Source of the DNA: an uncultured Candidatus Cloacimonadota bacterium
GTDB taxonomy: Bacteria; Cloacimonadota; Cloacimonadia; Cloacimonadales; Cloacimonadaceae
DNA: 58,213 nucleotides
Assembly (NCBI GenBank): GCA_964427765.1
Contig: CAYRVG010000140.1
Span: 1-58,213 of the forward strand
Direction of reading: 5' to 3'
In this document: positions 30,012 through 40,164 of the stretch, in pieces
Numbering within the stretch: the first letter of the stretch is position 1
Layout: each line of letters starts with the position of its first letter
The notes under the pieces: model-generated
Seen by the model: only the letters and a program-made list of their open reading frames with translations
What the model was told of the DNA's origin: nothing
Databases searched by the model: none
Position numbers and translations under genes: made by a program

Positions 30012-30372
30012 TGTTCCTCCTTGTGTCGCATTGTATTACTGTAAGGATGTCATCCAGGATGAAGGGTTTTTTTCTTATCCTTAGATTGGTTACTAGATTA
30101 ATTTCACTCATTGCTTCCCACTCCGGAAAGTCACTATACACCAATATGCTGCAGTGGGGATGAGAAAGGCTCAGATTCTGCAAAAACCATTTGCTTTGCT
30201 CAATGTCGATGTCGCTATCCAGGATCACTGCTTCGATCAGATCCCGGTTCGCGGCCATCAACGTTGCAGCCTCACTTATCCGATGTATTATCAGTGCTTC
30301 TTTACCCATCCGCAGCAACAGCTGGTACAACGATTGGCTCATGAGAGCATCTTGAACTATTATGATTACCAT
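29998..30372 (-). CDS. Single-domain response regulator (receiver)
   Basis: AGGAG RBS before ATG 30372; IIIVQD, AVILD (phospho-Asp position), ILVYS and KKPF. Confidence 0.7.
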   Translation of the reverse strand: MVIIIVQDALMSQSLYQLLLRMGKEALIIHRISEAATLMAANRDLIEAVILDSDIDIEQSKWFLQNLSLSHPHCSILVYSDFPEWEAMSEINLVTNLRIRKKPFILDDILTVIQCDTRRNNVSH

Positions 30373-30396
30373 ATTAACTCCTATGATCACTTAAGT

Positions 30397-30413
30397 ACCA
30401 AAAACCGTGCCAA
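30397..30413 (-). promoter_or_regulatory. sigma54 -24/-12 promoter
   Basis: TTGGCACG-GTTT-TTGGT versus consensus YTGGCACG-N4-TTGCW (one mismatch at -12); lies next to a sigma54 activator gene. Confidence 0.7.
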
Positions 30414-30509
30414 CTGGAGCCAATAAAAATGGAGACAGTTAATCATATGTTAGACAATATATTAAGCAAATCCATCCCGCTTCCGAACCTACTTCATTAT
30501 GATGTATTT

Positions 30510-30555
30510 ATCCAAAATGGATTATCTAAAACGGATTTAACCTAAAAAAATGGAT
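30510..30555. promoter_or_regulatory. Tandem upstream activator sequences for the sigma54 activator
   Basis: ATCCAAAATGGAT, ATCTAAAACGGAT and AACCTAAAAAAATGGAT, about 100-140 bp upstream of the -24 box. Confidence 0.55.
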
Positions 30556-30622
30556 ACTTTGTGGAAGATTTTTCTGGACAGCCTAAGCTATCTGAGTTTT
30601 TTAATCCCATGGGGAGGTTCAT

Positions 30623-32284
30623 ATGGATAACATTCATGAGTTGAAACAAAGACTGGAAGATTGCCAAGATGGAGCTGAGAGGGCGGAACTCCTGATCTCA
30701 CTGGCTTCCGGAGCCTGGCAAACGGGTGAATACAGCGAGGGCAAAACTTTCGCAGAAGCAGCGCTCGAATTGTGCATAGCCCGGCATGATGAACCTGGAC
30801 AGGCCTGCGCCACCCACATTCTGGGCACCATCTATTCCTATCTGGATGCCTATGACCTGGCGCTGGAGCATTATCTCAAAGCCCAGCGTTTGAACGCCAG
30901 GTTTGGAGCCATTGAGCGTGAAGCCGAAGCCTGGAACGGCATGGGGGATATCTACATCAAGTTGGGCAACGTTCCCAAGGCCAGAGAGTGCTTTGAAACA
31001 TCGCACCGTCTATATCCGGATTATGAGCGCAGCGTGAACAATCTGGGGTTTCTTAAAATGCTGGATCAGGATCTTTCCGAAGCAATTCGTTACTATCGCC
31101 TGGCCGGAGAGATTGCCGCCAGAAAGAACAACCGCCGCAGCCTCGTGATCTCCCACATCAATATCGCTGATGCCCTGTGCAAGCAAAATAACCCGGGCGA
31201 TGCCATGGCAGAATTGGAAACCGCCTGTGAGATCCTGGATGGCGGCAGTGTGGAAACCCCGAACGAGTTGAAGTGCGCTCTGCACCTGAATATTGCAGTT
31301 GTGCAGCAAGACCTTGACCGGGATACCGAAGCTTTGCAAAACCTCAAGGATGCCCTCCACATCGCGGAACAGGCACAGCTGCGGGACTATCAACAGAAAA
31401 GTCTCTTTATCCTCTCCGAATTCTACCAACGCCACCGTAAGTGGCAAAAGGCCTTCGATTATCTAAAGCAATATACAGCAATTAATGCCGAACTGCTGAG
31501 CAGTTCCACGCTGGAAAAAGCAGCAAGCATCCAAAACTTCTATACCAAGGAAACCAGGGATCTCACAACTCTGAATCTCTCCGAGAAATCCGCACGTCTC
31601 GCCACGATGGGGATCCTATCCACCGGGATCACCCACGAGTTGAACCAGCCTCTTTCCGCCATCCGGATTTCCACGGAGAGCATACTCTATTGGTTGAAGC
31701 GAGAATCCATCGTGCTGCCAATGAATTTTAATGTTGAGCTGGATCATATAATGGAAGGCATCAAACGCATCGAAGCTTTTGTGCGGCAGATCCGTCAGTT
31801 CTGGAATTCCGGCAAAAGTGGGGAACCAAGCTGCTGCGATTTGAGTTTGGTAATAGATAAGTGCCTTAGCCTCGTCTCCCGCAGGGTCTTCGCTCATGGG
31901 ATCCAGATGCAGTTGGAAGAGGCACCGTCTTTGCCAGGGATCATGGCCACGGAGATCCATCTCCAGCAGATCGTGATCAACCTGCTAAACCATAACCTTA
32001 ATATCCTGGAAGCTGGCACAAATAGACACAAAAGCCTGCTGATCAAAACCGGTGCCGCTGAAGAGGGGGTCTGCCTTAGTGTGATGCAAAACTGCAAGGA
32101 AATCACCCCTCAGATGACGGCCCAGCTATATAACCCTCTCGGTTTCGAATGCGCTGCCGTCACTCCGGAAATGGACATGGCAATCGTGAAATATCTTTGC
32201 GATCACTATCACTATAAGATCAGGGTAGCAGATCAGGACGATGAATATTGGGGCTTTTCTCTCTGCCTGGGAGCTTGCCGATGA
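30623..32284 (+). CDS. Cytoplasmic TPR-repeat histidine kinase-like protein with degenerate HATPase domain
   Basis: N-terminal TPRs; H-box ITHELNQPL; N, G1 and G2 boxes eroded. Confidence 0.85.
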   Translation: MDNIHELKQRLEDCQDGAERAELLISLASGAWQTGEYSEGKTFAEAALELCIARHDEPGQACATHILGTIYSYLDAYDLALEHYLKAQRLNARFGAIEREAEAWNGMGDIYIKLGNVPKARECFETSHRLYPDYERSVNNLGFLKMLDQDLSEAIRYYRLAGEIAARKNNRRSLVISHINIADALCKQNNPGDAMAELETACEILDGGSVETPNELKCALHLNIAVVQQDLDRDTEALQNLKDALHIAEQAQLRDYQQKSLFILSEFYQRHRKWQKAFDYLKQYTAINAELLSSSTLEKAASIQNFYTKETRDLTTLNLSEKSARLATMGILSTGITHELNQPLSAIRISTESILYWLKRESIVLPMNFNVELDHIMEGIKRIEAFVRQIRQFWNSGKSGEPSCCDLSLVIDKCLSLVSRRVFAHGIQMQLEEAPSLPGIMATEIHLQQIVINLLNHNLNILEAGTNRHKSLLIKTGAAEEGVCLSVMQNCKEITPQMTAQLYNPLGFECAAVTPEMDMAIVKYLCDHYHYKIRVADQDDEYWGFSLCLGACR

Positions 32285-33738
32285 AGATTCTGCTTATCGA
32301 CAGTGATCCCCTCTTCGTGCGTTCCGCGTTGAACTTCATCGGCACGCAACTGGGATACGACGCCAGATCCTGCCTCAGCATTGAGGAAGGACTCCCCTTG
32401 TGTGAAGAATATATGCCAGATATCGTGATCAGCGAATTGATGATGCCGGGACTTGATGGATTTGACCTGATCGCCAGCCTTCATGCTCCGGAAAGCAACT
32501 GCAAGGCCGCGATCCTGTTGTTGTGCGGCGAAGGAGATATTGAAGCGCAGATCCGGTCTTTGGAACATGGTGCGGATGAAGTGCTCACCAAACCTCTTCC
32601 CCTTGAGTTGCTTGCTATCAAGATCAATCGTCTGCAGGAGATGCAAAATGCCAGACGTGAGCTCAATAAACTAAGCCAGAGTTTTGAAAGCGAGCTACAG
32701 CAAAGGTTGAAATCGATCAAAACTGAATTGGGAAAGCTACAAAAGGAATATCAGCAGGAACTTGGCATTGGCGGCATCGGCGTCTATGGCGAAGCGATGC
32801 GTCAGATCACCCAGCTTTGTCTGCGCATTCATCAAGACCGCGATCTGCCTGTGTTGGTCACCGGTGAGACCGGGACAGGAAAGGAATTGATCGCGCGGTT
32901 GATCCATTTTGGCGATACCGGCTGCAAGGAGCCTCTGATTACTTTAAATTGCTCCGCTATACCAGCCACCTTGTTCGAGAGTGAACTTTTTGGCTATGAG
33001 CGCGGCGCTTTCACCGGTAGCAACAGAGAAGGAAAGATCGGAAAGCTGGAGATGGCAAATGGCGGAACACTTTTCCTCGACGAGATCGGCGATCTGCCGC
33101 TGGATCTGCAGCCCAAACTTTTGCGAGTGATACAGGAGAGGGAGATGTATCGCGTGGGAGGGAGAAAGAGCATCCCCCTGGATATCAGATTCGTCTTTGC
33201 CACACACCGGGATTTGCGCAAGGAGATCCAGACCGGCAGTTTCCGGCAGGATCTGTTTTATCGAATTTCGACCGTCTATATAAACATCCCACCGCTCCGG
33301 AAAAGGCGGGAGGAGATTATCCCCCTTGCCCAGCTTTTCCTCAAGCAGATCTCTGTCAAGAAGCACATGCCCCTCAAATTTTTGAAAACAGAGACGACAA
33401 AACTGCTGCAAGAATACCCCTGGTATGGCAACGTCCGCGAGCTTTTGGGAGCCATGGAGCGGGCTTATCTGATCACTGATGAGGCGGAGATCAGCCCGGA
33501 TTATTTCAGCTTTCTACTACCGAACACTCCTCTTAATATGGGTGCCCTTTCCAAACGGCAGCTGTTTCTGGAATTCCCTGACGCCGGTTTCAACCTGAAG
33601 GACGCCCAAGCAAAGATCATCGTAAAAGTTCTGGCAATACACCGGCAGAATAAGACTCAAAGCGCACGCTATCTGGGTATCTCGGTCAACCGGCTGAAAA
33701 GATTGCTGAACAAACCGGGAAATGAGACACAGGAATAA
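32281..33738 (+). CDS. sigma54-dependent enhancer-binding protein (receiver-AAA-Fis HTH)
   Basis: GETGTGKE, ESELFG, GAFTGS, LFLDEIG, FRQDLFYRI, WYGNVREL and C-terminal HTH; ATG overlaps the kinase stop. Confidence 0.93.
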   Translation: MKILLIDSDPLFVRSALNFIGTQLGYDARSCLSIEEGLPLCEEYMPDIVISELMMPGLDGFDLIASLHAPESNCKAAILLLCGEGDIEAQIRSLEHGADEVLTKPLPLELLAIKINRLQEMQNARRELNKLSQSFESELQQRLKSIKTELGKLQKEYQQELGIGGIGVYGEAMRQITQLCLRIHQDRDLPVLVTGETGTGKELIARLIHFGDTGCKEPLITLNCSAIPATLFESELFGYERGAFTGSNREGKIGKLEMANGGTLFLDEIGDLPLDLQPKLLRVIQEREMYRVGGRKSIPLDIRFVFATHRDLRKEIQTGSFRQDLFYRISTVYINIPPLRKRREEIIPLAQLFLKQISVKKHMPLKFLKTETTKLLQEYPWYGNVRELLGAMERAYLITDEAEISPDYFSFLLPNTPLNMGALSKRQLFLEFPDAGFNLKDAQAKIIVKVLAIHRQNKTQSARYLGISVNRLKRLLNKPGNETQE

Positions 33739-34033
33739 ACACTGTGGCAGGGTCAAACAATGGACAAAAACACCTATCAATTTGTAGATTATACTTTGCA
33801 TGCGGTTGGCCATTCTTTTTGTTACAACTTTTTGAATTCTATGCCTTTATACTTGTAAGTGTAGCTCTTCATTATATAAACAATACTCTGTGGAGCCGGG
33901 CTCGAGATATGGGTTTGGTAATCCAGAAGCAAAATTCATTTGACATAAAGGGACTGATGTTTTCCTTAGCCTGTAGGTGGGATTTATCCTGCCGAACCAC
34001 TATCCGTGAATTGAAATTGCAGAGGTTAATACA

Positions 34034-35575
34034 ATGGTCGGCATAGTCAGAACCTACACCACGATCGGGATCGACGGCCAGCAACTGACGGTTGAGTGCG
34101 ACGGCAAATCCGAGGTTTTCAACGTCAATATTGTGGGCATGGCTTCCAATGCGGTGAAGGAAAGCAAGGACCGCATCTTCGCCGCGCTGCGCAACTCCGG
34201 TTTTGACGCTGCGGTGCGCAGGTTTACGATCAACCTTGCCCCGGCGGACATCAAAAAGGACAGCGCCGCGCTGGACCTGCCCATCGCCATCTCAGTGCTG
34301 CAGAGCATCAAACAGCTGCCGGTGGAATACCTCACCAAGACAGCGATCATAGGAGAACTTTCGCTGGACGGCAACCTCCGCCCCATCAACGGAGTGCTGC
34401 CGATCGCCATGGCCGCCCGCAGGGATGAGCTGGACGAACTTATCCTTCCCTATGAGAACGCCGAGGAAGCCGCGATCATCGAAGGCCTGAGGGTTATCCC
34501 CGTCACTTCATTGCGCGAGGCGGTCCAGTATCTGCGCAAGGAGATCGACATCAAGCCAGCCACCGTGGACAGGGAAAAAATCTTTTCCGTCCTCAACGAA
34601 TTTCCCGTGGACATGCACGACGTGAAGGGCCAGTATCAGGTGAAACGGGCGCTGGAGGTTTCCGCCGCGGGAGGCCACAACCTCCTGATGATCGGCCCGC
34701 CCGGCTCTGGTAAAACGATGCTCGCCCGCCGGGTGCCCACGATATTGCCGGAACTATCCCTGGACGAGGCTTTGGAGGCCACCAAGATCCATTCCGTGGC
34801 CGGCTTTTCCAAGAACTTCCGCAACGGTATCCTGACGATGCGCCCCTTCCGCTCACCCCACCACACAATAAGCGACGTGGCCCTGATCGGCGGCGGAGCT
34901 TTCCCGCGTCCGGGCGAGGTATCCCTGGCGCACAGCGGCGTCCTCTTCCTGGATGAACTGCCCGAATTCAAGCGCGGCGTCCTGGAAGTGATGCGCCAAC
35001 CCCTGGAAGACGGCATAGTGACGATCTCCCGCGCCACGACGAGCCTGACCTTCCCGGCCGAATTCATGCTCATTGCCTCGATGAACCCCTGTCCCTGCGG
35101 CTATTTCGGCTCCAACATCCCGAACCACCAGTGCACCTGCGAATACGGCGCCATCCAACGCTACCGGGCGCGCGTCTCCGGTCCGCTCCTGGACAGGATC
35201 GACATCCACGTGGAGGTTCCCGCGGTGAGTTATTCGGATCTCGCTGCCCTTCCCTCCGGGGATAGATCCGTCGATATCCGCGCCCGGGTGAATAAAGCCC
35301 GCCTGGTCCAACGTGAAAGATACGCCCGTGAGGGGATCTTTTGCAACGCCCAGATGAGTTCCCGGCTCCTGCGCAAATACTGCAAGCTTGATGAGGCCAG
35401 CCAGGCGCAGATGCAGAACGCGATAGACAAACTGGGCTATTCCGCCCGGGTCTTCGACCGTATCCTCAAAGTATCCCGCACCATAGCCGACCTCGAGGGA
35501 ATGGCCGATATCACCAGCGACCACATCTCAGAGGCCATCCAATACAGGACTTTGGACCGAAAATATTGGGGCTGA
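34034..35575 (+). CDS. comM: YifB/ComM Mg-chelatase-like AAA+ ATPase
   Basis: INLAPADIKK, GELSLDG, GPPGSGKTM, RSPHHT, GEVSLAH, LFLDELPEF, MNPCPCG and SGPLLDRID motifs. Confidence 0.93.
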   Translation: MVGIVRTYTTIGIDGQQLTVECDGKSEVFNVNIVGMASNAVKESKDRIFAALRNSGFDAAVRRFTINLAPADIKKDSAALDLPIAISVLQSIKQLPVEYLTKTAIIGELSLDGNLRPINGVLPIAMAARRDELDELILPYENAEEAAIIEGLRVIPVTSLREAVQYLRKEIDIKPATVDREKIFSVLNEFPVDMHDVKGQYQVKRALEVSAAGGHNLLMIGPPGSGKTMLARRVPTILPELSLDEALEATKIHSVAGFSKNFRNGILTMRPFRSPHHTISDVALIGGGAFPRPGEVSLAHSGVLFLDELPEFKRGVLEVMRQPLEDGIVTISRATTSLTFPAEFMLIASMNPCPCGYFGSNIPNHQCTCEYGAIQRYRARVSGPLLDRIDIHVEVPAVSYSDLAALPSGDRSVDIRARVNKARLVQRERYAREGIFCNAQMSSRLLRKYCKLDEASQAQMQNAIDKLGYSARVFDRILKVSRTIADLEGMADITSDHISEAIQYRTLDRKYWG

Positions 35576-35768
35576 GGCCTCCGTATCCCCCACCCCGGCA
35601 TCCCTCCCCTGATAGGCTTTATTCCCTGACCGCCAACACGAGGTAGTCTGTTTTATTAATGTAGTAAGAGGGTTAACAAAAATGTCTTGACACATACTAC
35701 TGGTGGATTATAGGAGTTGTAGTGTTTTTTTTCTATACACAGAAAATATATAAAACTTCTGAGGCACA

Positions 35769-36551
35769 ATGCGTATAGCACTTCAAATTTTTATGATAGC
35801 TACGCTCGTGACATCCCTGCCGGCACTTGTTGGATATGGCACTTCAGGGTCAGTATCAAATGACACTGCGGATCCTGTCTTGGAAATTCTAGCCCCCCAG
35901 GGCGGAGTGGTCTTGTACTTTCCGGCCACCTACGAAATTCAGTGGTACGCGGAAGACTCAAATCTGCTCACTGAAGAAGATTGTTTATGGTACAGCCTCA
36001 ATGGAGGAACGGATCTCATCCTGCTAGAAGACGCAATATCGGATTCGGGTAGCTATTCCTGGCAGATACCGGAGGAACAAAGCACCGAAGCTTTGATACA
36101 AATCAGTTTGACCGACAGCTTTGGCAATTACACCCAGGAATCCAGCGGTCTTTTCTTGATCGTCAATCCACTGCCGGACGAACCGCAGGATGTTCAACTG
36201 GATATCTCGAACAATGTCGACGCAGTGATCTCCTGGCAGCCGGTTACCCAGAACATTTATGGATTCCCGCTCACTCCGGATGGCTACATTGTTCTCTACA
36301 GCGAATATCCCTGTAATCAGGATGATCATTTCTATTATTATCTGGGCGAAACGGCTGGAGAGACCAGCTTTACCCATTACAACGTCGTCCGCCGCCGGGA
36401 CCAGATGTTCTATAAAGTGATCGCCTTCATGGACCTCCGCGGTTCCTTGGCAGACATTCTTGCTCCCGCCAGACGGGATCCGGAGTTGAAACTCAGCTTT
36501 GACGAGATCAGGCAGACTTTGATGGAATACAGTTTTGGAGGCGAAAGATGA
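35769..36551 (+). CDS. Secreted hypothetical protein (Ig/FN3-like domains)
   Basis: Signal peptide; beta-rich; overlaps the FGE-domain gene; upstream TTGACA at 35688. Confidence 0.7.
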   Translation: MRIALQIFMIATLVTSLPALVGYGTSGSVSNDTADPVLEILAPQGGVVLYFPATYEIQWYAEDSNLLTEEDCLWYSLNGGTDLILLEDAISDSGSYSWQIPEEQSTEALIQISLTDSFGNYTQESSGLFLIVNPLPDEPQDVQLDISNNVDAVISWQPVTQNIYGFPLTPDGYIVLYSEYPCNQDDHFYYYLGETAGETSFTHYNVVRRRDQMFYKVIAFMDLRGSLADILAPARRDPELKLSFDEIRQTLMEYSFGGER

Positions 36552-37732
36552 GAATAACCACCTTTGCCCTTCCTCTGGCCGTGATCCTACCGCTTCTTTA
36601 TATCCCACTTTCCGCCCAAGCTCCGGGTCTGAACTCCAGTGGGCGAGAACGTGACTCAAAATTCAGATGGCCCTATTATGATCCGACCCCGCCCGAAGTT
36701 ACTAATGTGTCCGCCGTCCAGCGCGCCGACGGCAGCAAGATAGTGGATATCTACTACGATCTGGCCGACCTCAATAGCGATGTTTGCCAGATCAGCTTCA
36801 AACTAAGTGCAAACGCCGGATCCAGTTTTGACATTGTCCCCAGCCCGGTGAACCTGAGCGGGGATTTTGGCGATGACGTCGTCCCCGGAACCGGAAAACA
36901 CATCGTCTGGAACGTGGGCGGGGAAAACTATAGCCTGGATGGTGACTACCTCTACCGGGTTTACGCCGATGACTTAACCTCTGCGCCACTGCCGCAGTGG
37001 TTTGAATGGGTGTTTGGCGGAACCTTCCACAACGGAACTTCCAATGTGACGATCTCCGACTTCGAGATGAGCAATATCGAAACGACCCAGCTCAGCTACC
37101 AGACGGTGATGGCTGCAAATCCTTCTCAATATTACTGGTGCGATTACAATCCCGTGGAGCAGGTATCCTGGTTCGACGCCATCATATACTGCAACCGCCG
37201 CAGTACCATAGAGGGACTGACACCTTGTTACAGCTACAGCGGCTACGGCACGGATCCGGACTACTGGCCGGCCGGCTGGAATACAGATCATGAAGATTTC
37301 GCCTGCGATTGGAACGCGGACGGATACCGCCTCCCCACAGAAGCGGAATGGGAATTTGCCGCCCGTGGCGGGATCAGTTCCATTGGCTATGTCTATGCCG
37401 GGAGCGACGATATTAATGAAGTGGCTTGGTGGTGGGGAAACTCAGATTTTTCACCCCGTACGATCGGCACTAAAATGGGTAACGAGATTGCCCTCCACGA
37501 CATGAGCGGCAATGTTTACGAATGGGTGTGGGACATATATGAAGAAGAATATCCCACCGGAGACCAGACAGATCCGACAGGTCCGGCCAGCGGTTATGCT
37601 CGTATGCTTCGCGGCGGAAGCTGGAACAGCGGTCCCGCTGATCACGATGTGTCTTATCGCACTGCATTGGATCCCTCAACCACCAGCTTTGATATTGGAT
37701 TCCGTGTCTGCAGGATCGTGTTCTGGCCTTGA
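36548..37732 (+). CDS. Secreted FGE-sulfatase/SUMF1 (C-type lectin fold) domain protein
   Basis: PVEQVSWFDA, YRLPTEAEWEFAARGG, DMSGNVYEWVWD, RGGSW and GFRV motifs. Confidence 0.92.
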   Translation: MRITTFALPLAVILPLLYIPLSAQAPGLNSSGRERDSKFRWPYYDPTPPEVTNVSAVQRADGSKIVDIYYDLADLNSDVCQISFKLSANAGSSFDIVPSPVNLSGDFGDDVVPGTGKHIVWNVGGENYSLDGDYLYRVYADDLTSAPLPQWFEWVFGGTFHNGTSNVTISDFEMSNIETTQLSYQTVMAANPSQYYWCDYNPVEQVSWFDAIIYCNRRSTIEGLTPCYSYSGYGTDPDYWPAGWNTDHEDFACDWNADGYRLPTEAEWEFAARGGISSIGYVYAGSDDINEVAWWWGNSDFSPRTIGTKMGNEIALHDMSGNVYEWVWDIYEEEYPTGDQTDPTGPASGYARMLRGGSWNSGPADHDVSYRTALDPSTTSFDIGFRVCRIVFWP

Positions 37733-37896
37733 ATGACGAGCAGAAGTTTACGGCCCTAAAGGTACTTACCTGCAAAGAGACACTCTTCAGATATAATTGA
37801 ATCAGTTTGTTTGCTACCCAGCTATCATTTGATATTGACAGAATGGCGCGCCGGAATTTGCTATCCATCAGACGGACTTGCCCAAGGAGTTTGGAG

Positions 37897-40104
37897 ATGA
37901 AAAGATTTCTAGTTTTTTTGCTTGCCCTGGCGGGGATCCTGGCGCTTTACGCCCAGCCCTGGGAACAGGACAATTCTGTTTTCAATCCCAGCGGCGTACC
38001 CAGCCTCACCTTTTCCCAGCCCCGCTTTTCCGATCTTGACGGTGACGGGGACCAGGACTTCCTTTTGGGAAATATAAACCGCTCCCCCATATTCATCGAG
38101 AACACCGGCACGGCAAATTCCCCCGCCTTTGCCCCCGGCGCTGATATCACAGCCGGAATATCCGGCCTTGCCGCGGAGATGGGGGTTTGCGCGGACATGG
38201 ACGGCGACGGCGACCTGGATCTCGTCACCGGCGGTTACACCGGGCTTCATCTTTTCGAGAATGTTGGATCCCCGGCATATCCCGTGTTTGCTGAAGTTGC
38301 GGGATACTTCTCCTCTCTGACGCTGGGTCCGAATCCCGTTCCCGACCTCGCGGATGTTGATTCGGACGGGGATCTGGATCTCGTTGTCGGCCTGAGCGAG
38401 GACGGCGGGGTGAGGCTTTACGAGAACACGGGAACGCCAACTGAGGGGCAATTTTCCGGATCAAACATGCAGAATATCGGCGATGTCGGCCTCTACGCCT
38501 ATCCCGTGTTTTGCGACCTCGATGGCGACGGAGACCAGGATATCCTCTGCGGACGTGACCTCCACGGCTTTATCTATTACGAGAATGTGGGGGATCCCTC
38601 TGCCGGCGACTGGCAGGAAAATTCCGCCGGTTTTTCCGGACTGGGCATGGATTCATACTGGAATTCCGGGGATCTGGCCGACCTGGACGGCGACGGGTTT
38701 TACGACCTCGTTTACGGCACCGCGTCCGGTCCCCTGCAGTATTACGTGAACACGGGCACCCAGACCGAGCCAGCCTGGCAGCAAAACACCTCCCTCTTTG
38801 GGGGAGTGCTGGACGCCGGAGGCGCGAGCAGCCCCGTCTTTTACGATTTTGACGGTGATGGCGATCTGGACATGATCAGCGGCAGCCAGATGGGGGACAT
38901 AAAGTATTACGAAAACACCGGCAACCATTTCTCCCCCGCCTGGAACGAGGACAGCGGCTATTTTTCCAGCATCGACCATTCCATCTATTCCGCCGTGGCC
39001 ATTGGTGACGTTGACGGGGACGGCCTTCCGGACGCCATAGTCGGAGACCTGAACGGGGGATTCTATTTCCATCGCAACACGGGACTCGGATTCATGGAGG
39101 AAACCGGGGTTCTGCCAGATATCTCCCTCGGCGGCTGGTCCGTGCCCCGGCTTGTGGACATGGATTTTGACGGCGACCTGGACCTGGTGACGGGCAACGA
39201 GGCCGGAAACCTCCGCTATTACGAGAACCAGGGCACTCCTGCCGATCCGGATTGGGTGGAGATAACCGGATATTTCGGCACGATCGACGTGGGCAGCAAC
39301 TGCGTGCCCACTTTGGCGGATCTCGATGGCGACGGGGATTACGACCTCGTGGCCGGCAATCTCTTTGGAGATGTGCAATGCTGGCTGAATGGGCCATTCG
39401 GCTGGGCGCAGGATACGACTCTCTTCAGCGGAATTTCCACGGATCAAAATGCCGCCCCCGCGCTGGCGGATCTTGACCACGACGGTGATCCCGACCTCGC
39501 TCTGGGCGATTACGACGGGACTTTCAGCTATTGGCGGAATCTGATGTATTCCGCGGACGTGCTCAACCCGCCCCAAAACCTCACCATGGACATAGCTGAC
39601 GAGGTCACGCTCACCTGGGCGGAACCGGAGCCAGGAAGCACTTCACCTTTCGAGCATTACAACGTCTATCTGGACGGAGTTTTGGATGGCGTTACGACAG
39701 GCCAGGACTGGGTTTTCATGGATCTGGAACCTGAGGTCAGTTACACGGCTGCGATCACCGCCCAATACATTGCCGGGGAATCACTTCCCATCGAGATCGA
39801 GATCTTTTTCACCCCTTCAAGCGAAATCCAGCAAAGCCCCCTGACTCTGGCCAACCATCCCAATCCGTTCAAACCCTCCACAACGATCAACTTCAACGTG
39901 GGGTCTGAAAGCACGGCCAGCCTGACGATCTTCAACCAGAAAGGCCAGGTGGTCAGATCCTGGGAAGGCCTCACGCCCGGCAATCACAGCATCGTCTGGA
40001 ACGGCAGGGACAGCCGGGGACGGGACTTGGGCTCCGGCGTGTATCTCTATCGCCTGCGAACCCAGGACGGGATCCGGCAGCGCAAGATGATGCTGGTGAA
40101 ATAA
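37897..40104 (+). CDS. Secreted FG-GAP/VCBS repeat protein with FN3 and CTD
   Basis: About ten DxDGDGDxD repeats with YYENxG; NHPNPFKP...KMMLVK; ATG 37897 after GGAG. Confidence 0.9.
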   Translation: MKRFLVFLLALAGILALYAQPWEQDNSVFNPSGVPSLTFSQPRFSDLDGDGDQDFLLGNINRSPIFIENTGTANSPAFAPGADITAGISGLAAEMGVCADMDGDGDLDLVTGGYTGLHLFENVGSPAYPVFAEVAGYFSSLTLGPNPVPDLADVDSDGDLDLVVGLSEDGGVRLYENTGTPTEGQFSGSNMQNIGDVGLYAYPVFCDLDGDGDQDILCGRDLHGFIYYENVGDPSAGDWQENSAGFSGLGMDSYWNSGDLADLDGDGFYDLVYGTASGPLQYYVNTGTQTEPAWQQNTSLFGGVLDAGGASSPVFYDFDGDGDLDMISGSQMGDIKYYENTGNHFSPAWNEDSGYFSSIDHSIYSAVAIGDVDGDGLPDAIVGDLNGGFYFHRNTGLGFMEETGVLPDISLGGWSVPRLVDMDFDGDLDLVTGNEAGNLRYYENQGTPADPDWVEITGYFGTIDVGSNCVPTLADLDGDGDYDLVAGNLFGDVQCWLNGPFGWAQDTTLFSGISTDQNAAPALADLDHDGDPDLALGDYDGTFSYWRNLMYSADVLNPPQNLTMDIADEVTLTWAEPEPGSTSPFEHYNVYLDGVLDGVTTGQDWVFMDLEPEVSYTAAITAQYIAGESLPIEIEIFFTPSSEIQQSPLTLANHPNPFKPSTTINFNVGSESTASLTIFNQKGQVVRSWEGLTPGNHSIVWNGRDSRGRDLGSGVYLYRLRTQDGIRQRKMMLVK

Positions 40105-40164
40105 ACCCGCCAAATGAAATTTATCCTAACCCTTAGGCACCGTGACGGGTTACGGCGCAGATAG

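Noticed and set aside
33744-34046. 100-aa ORF before comM, and 24094-24393 ORF
   Set aside because: No RBS or recognisable domain; they overlap promoter or terminator sequence.
34034-35575. comM as a disrupted integration site
   Set aside because: The ORF is full length, and no integrase or att-like direct repeats were seen.
35769-37800. Complete diversity-generating retroelement
   Set aside because: No reverse transcriptase, Avd or template repeat is visible in the window.
38030-39500. CRISPR-like or DNA tandem repeats
   Set aside because: The recurring GACGGCGACGG words are FG-GAP protein repeats.
40120-40160. Riboswitch in front of the EamA transporter
   Set aside because: Only a short hairpin in a 60-nt gap, with no recognisable aptamer consensus.
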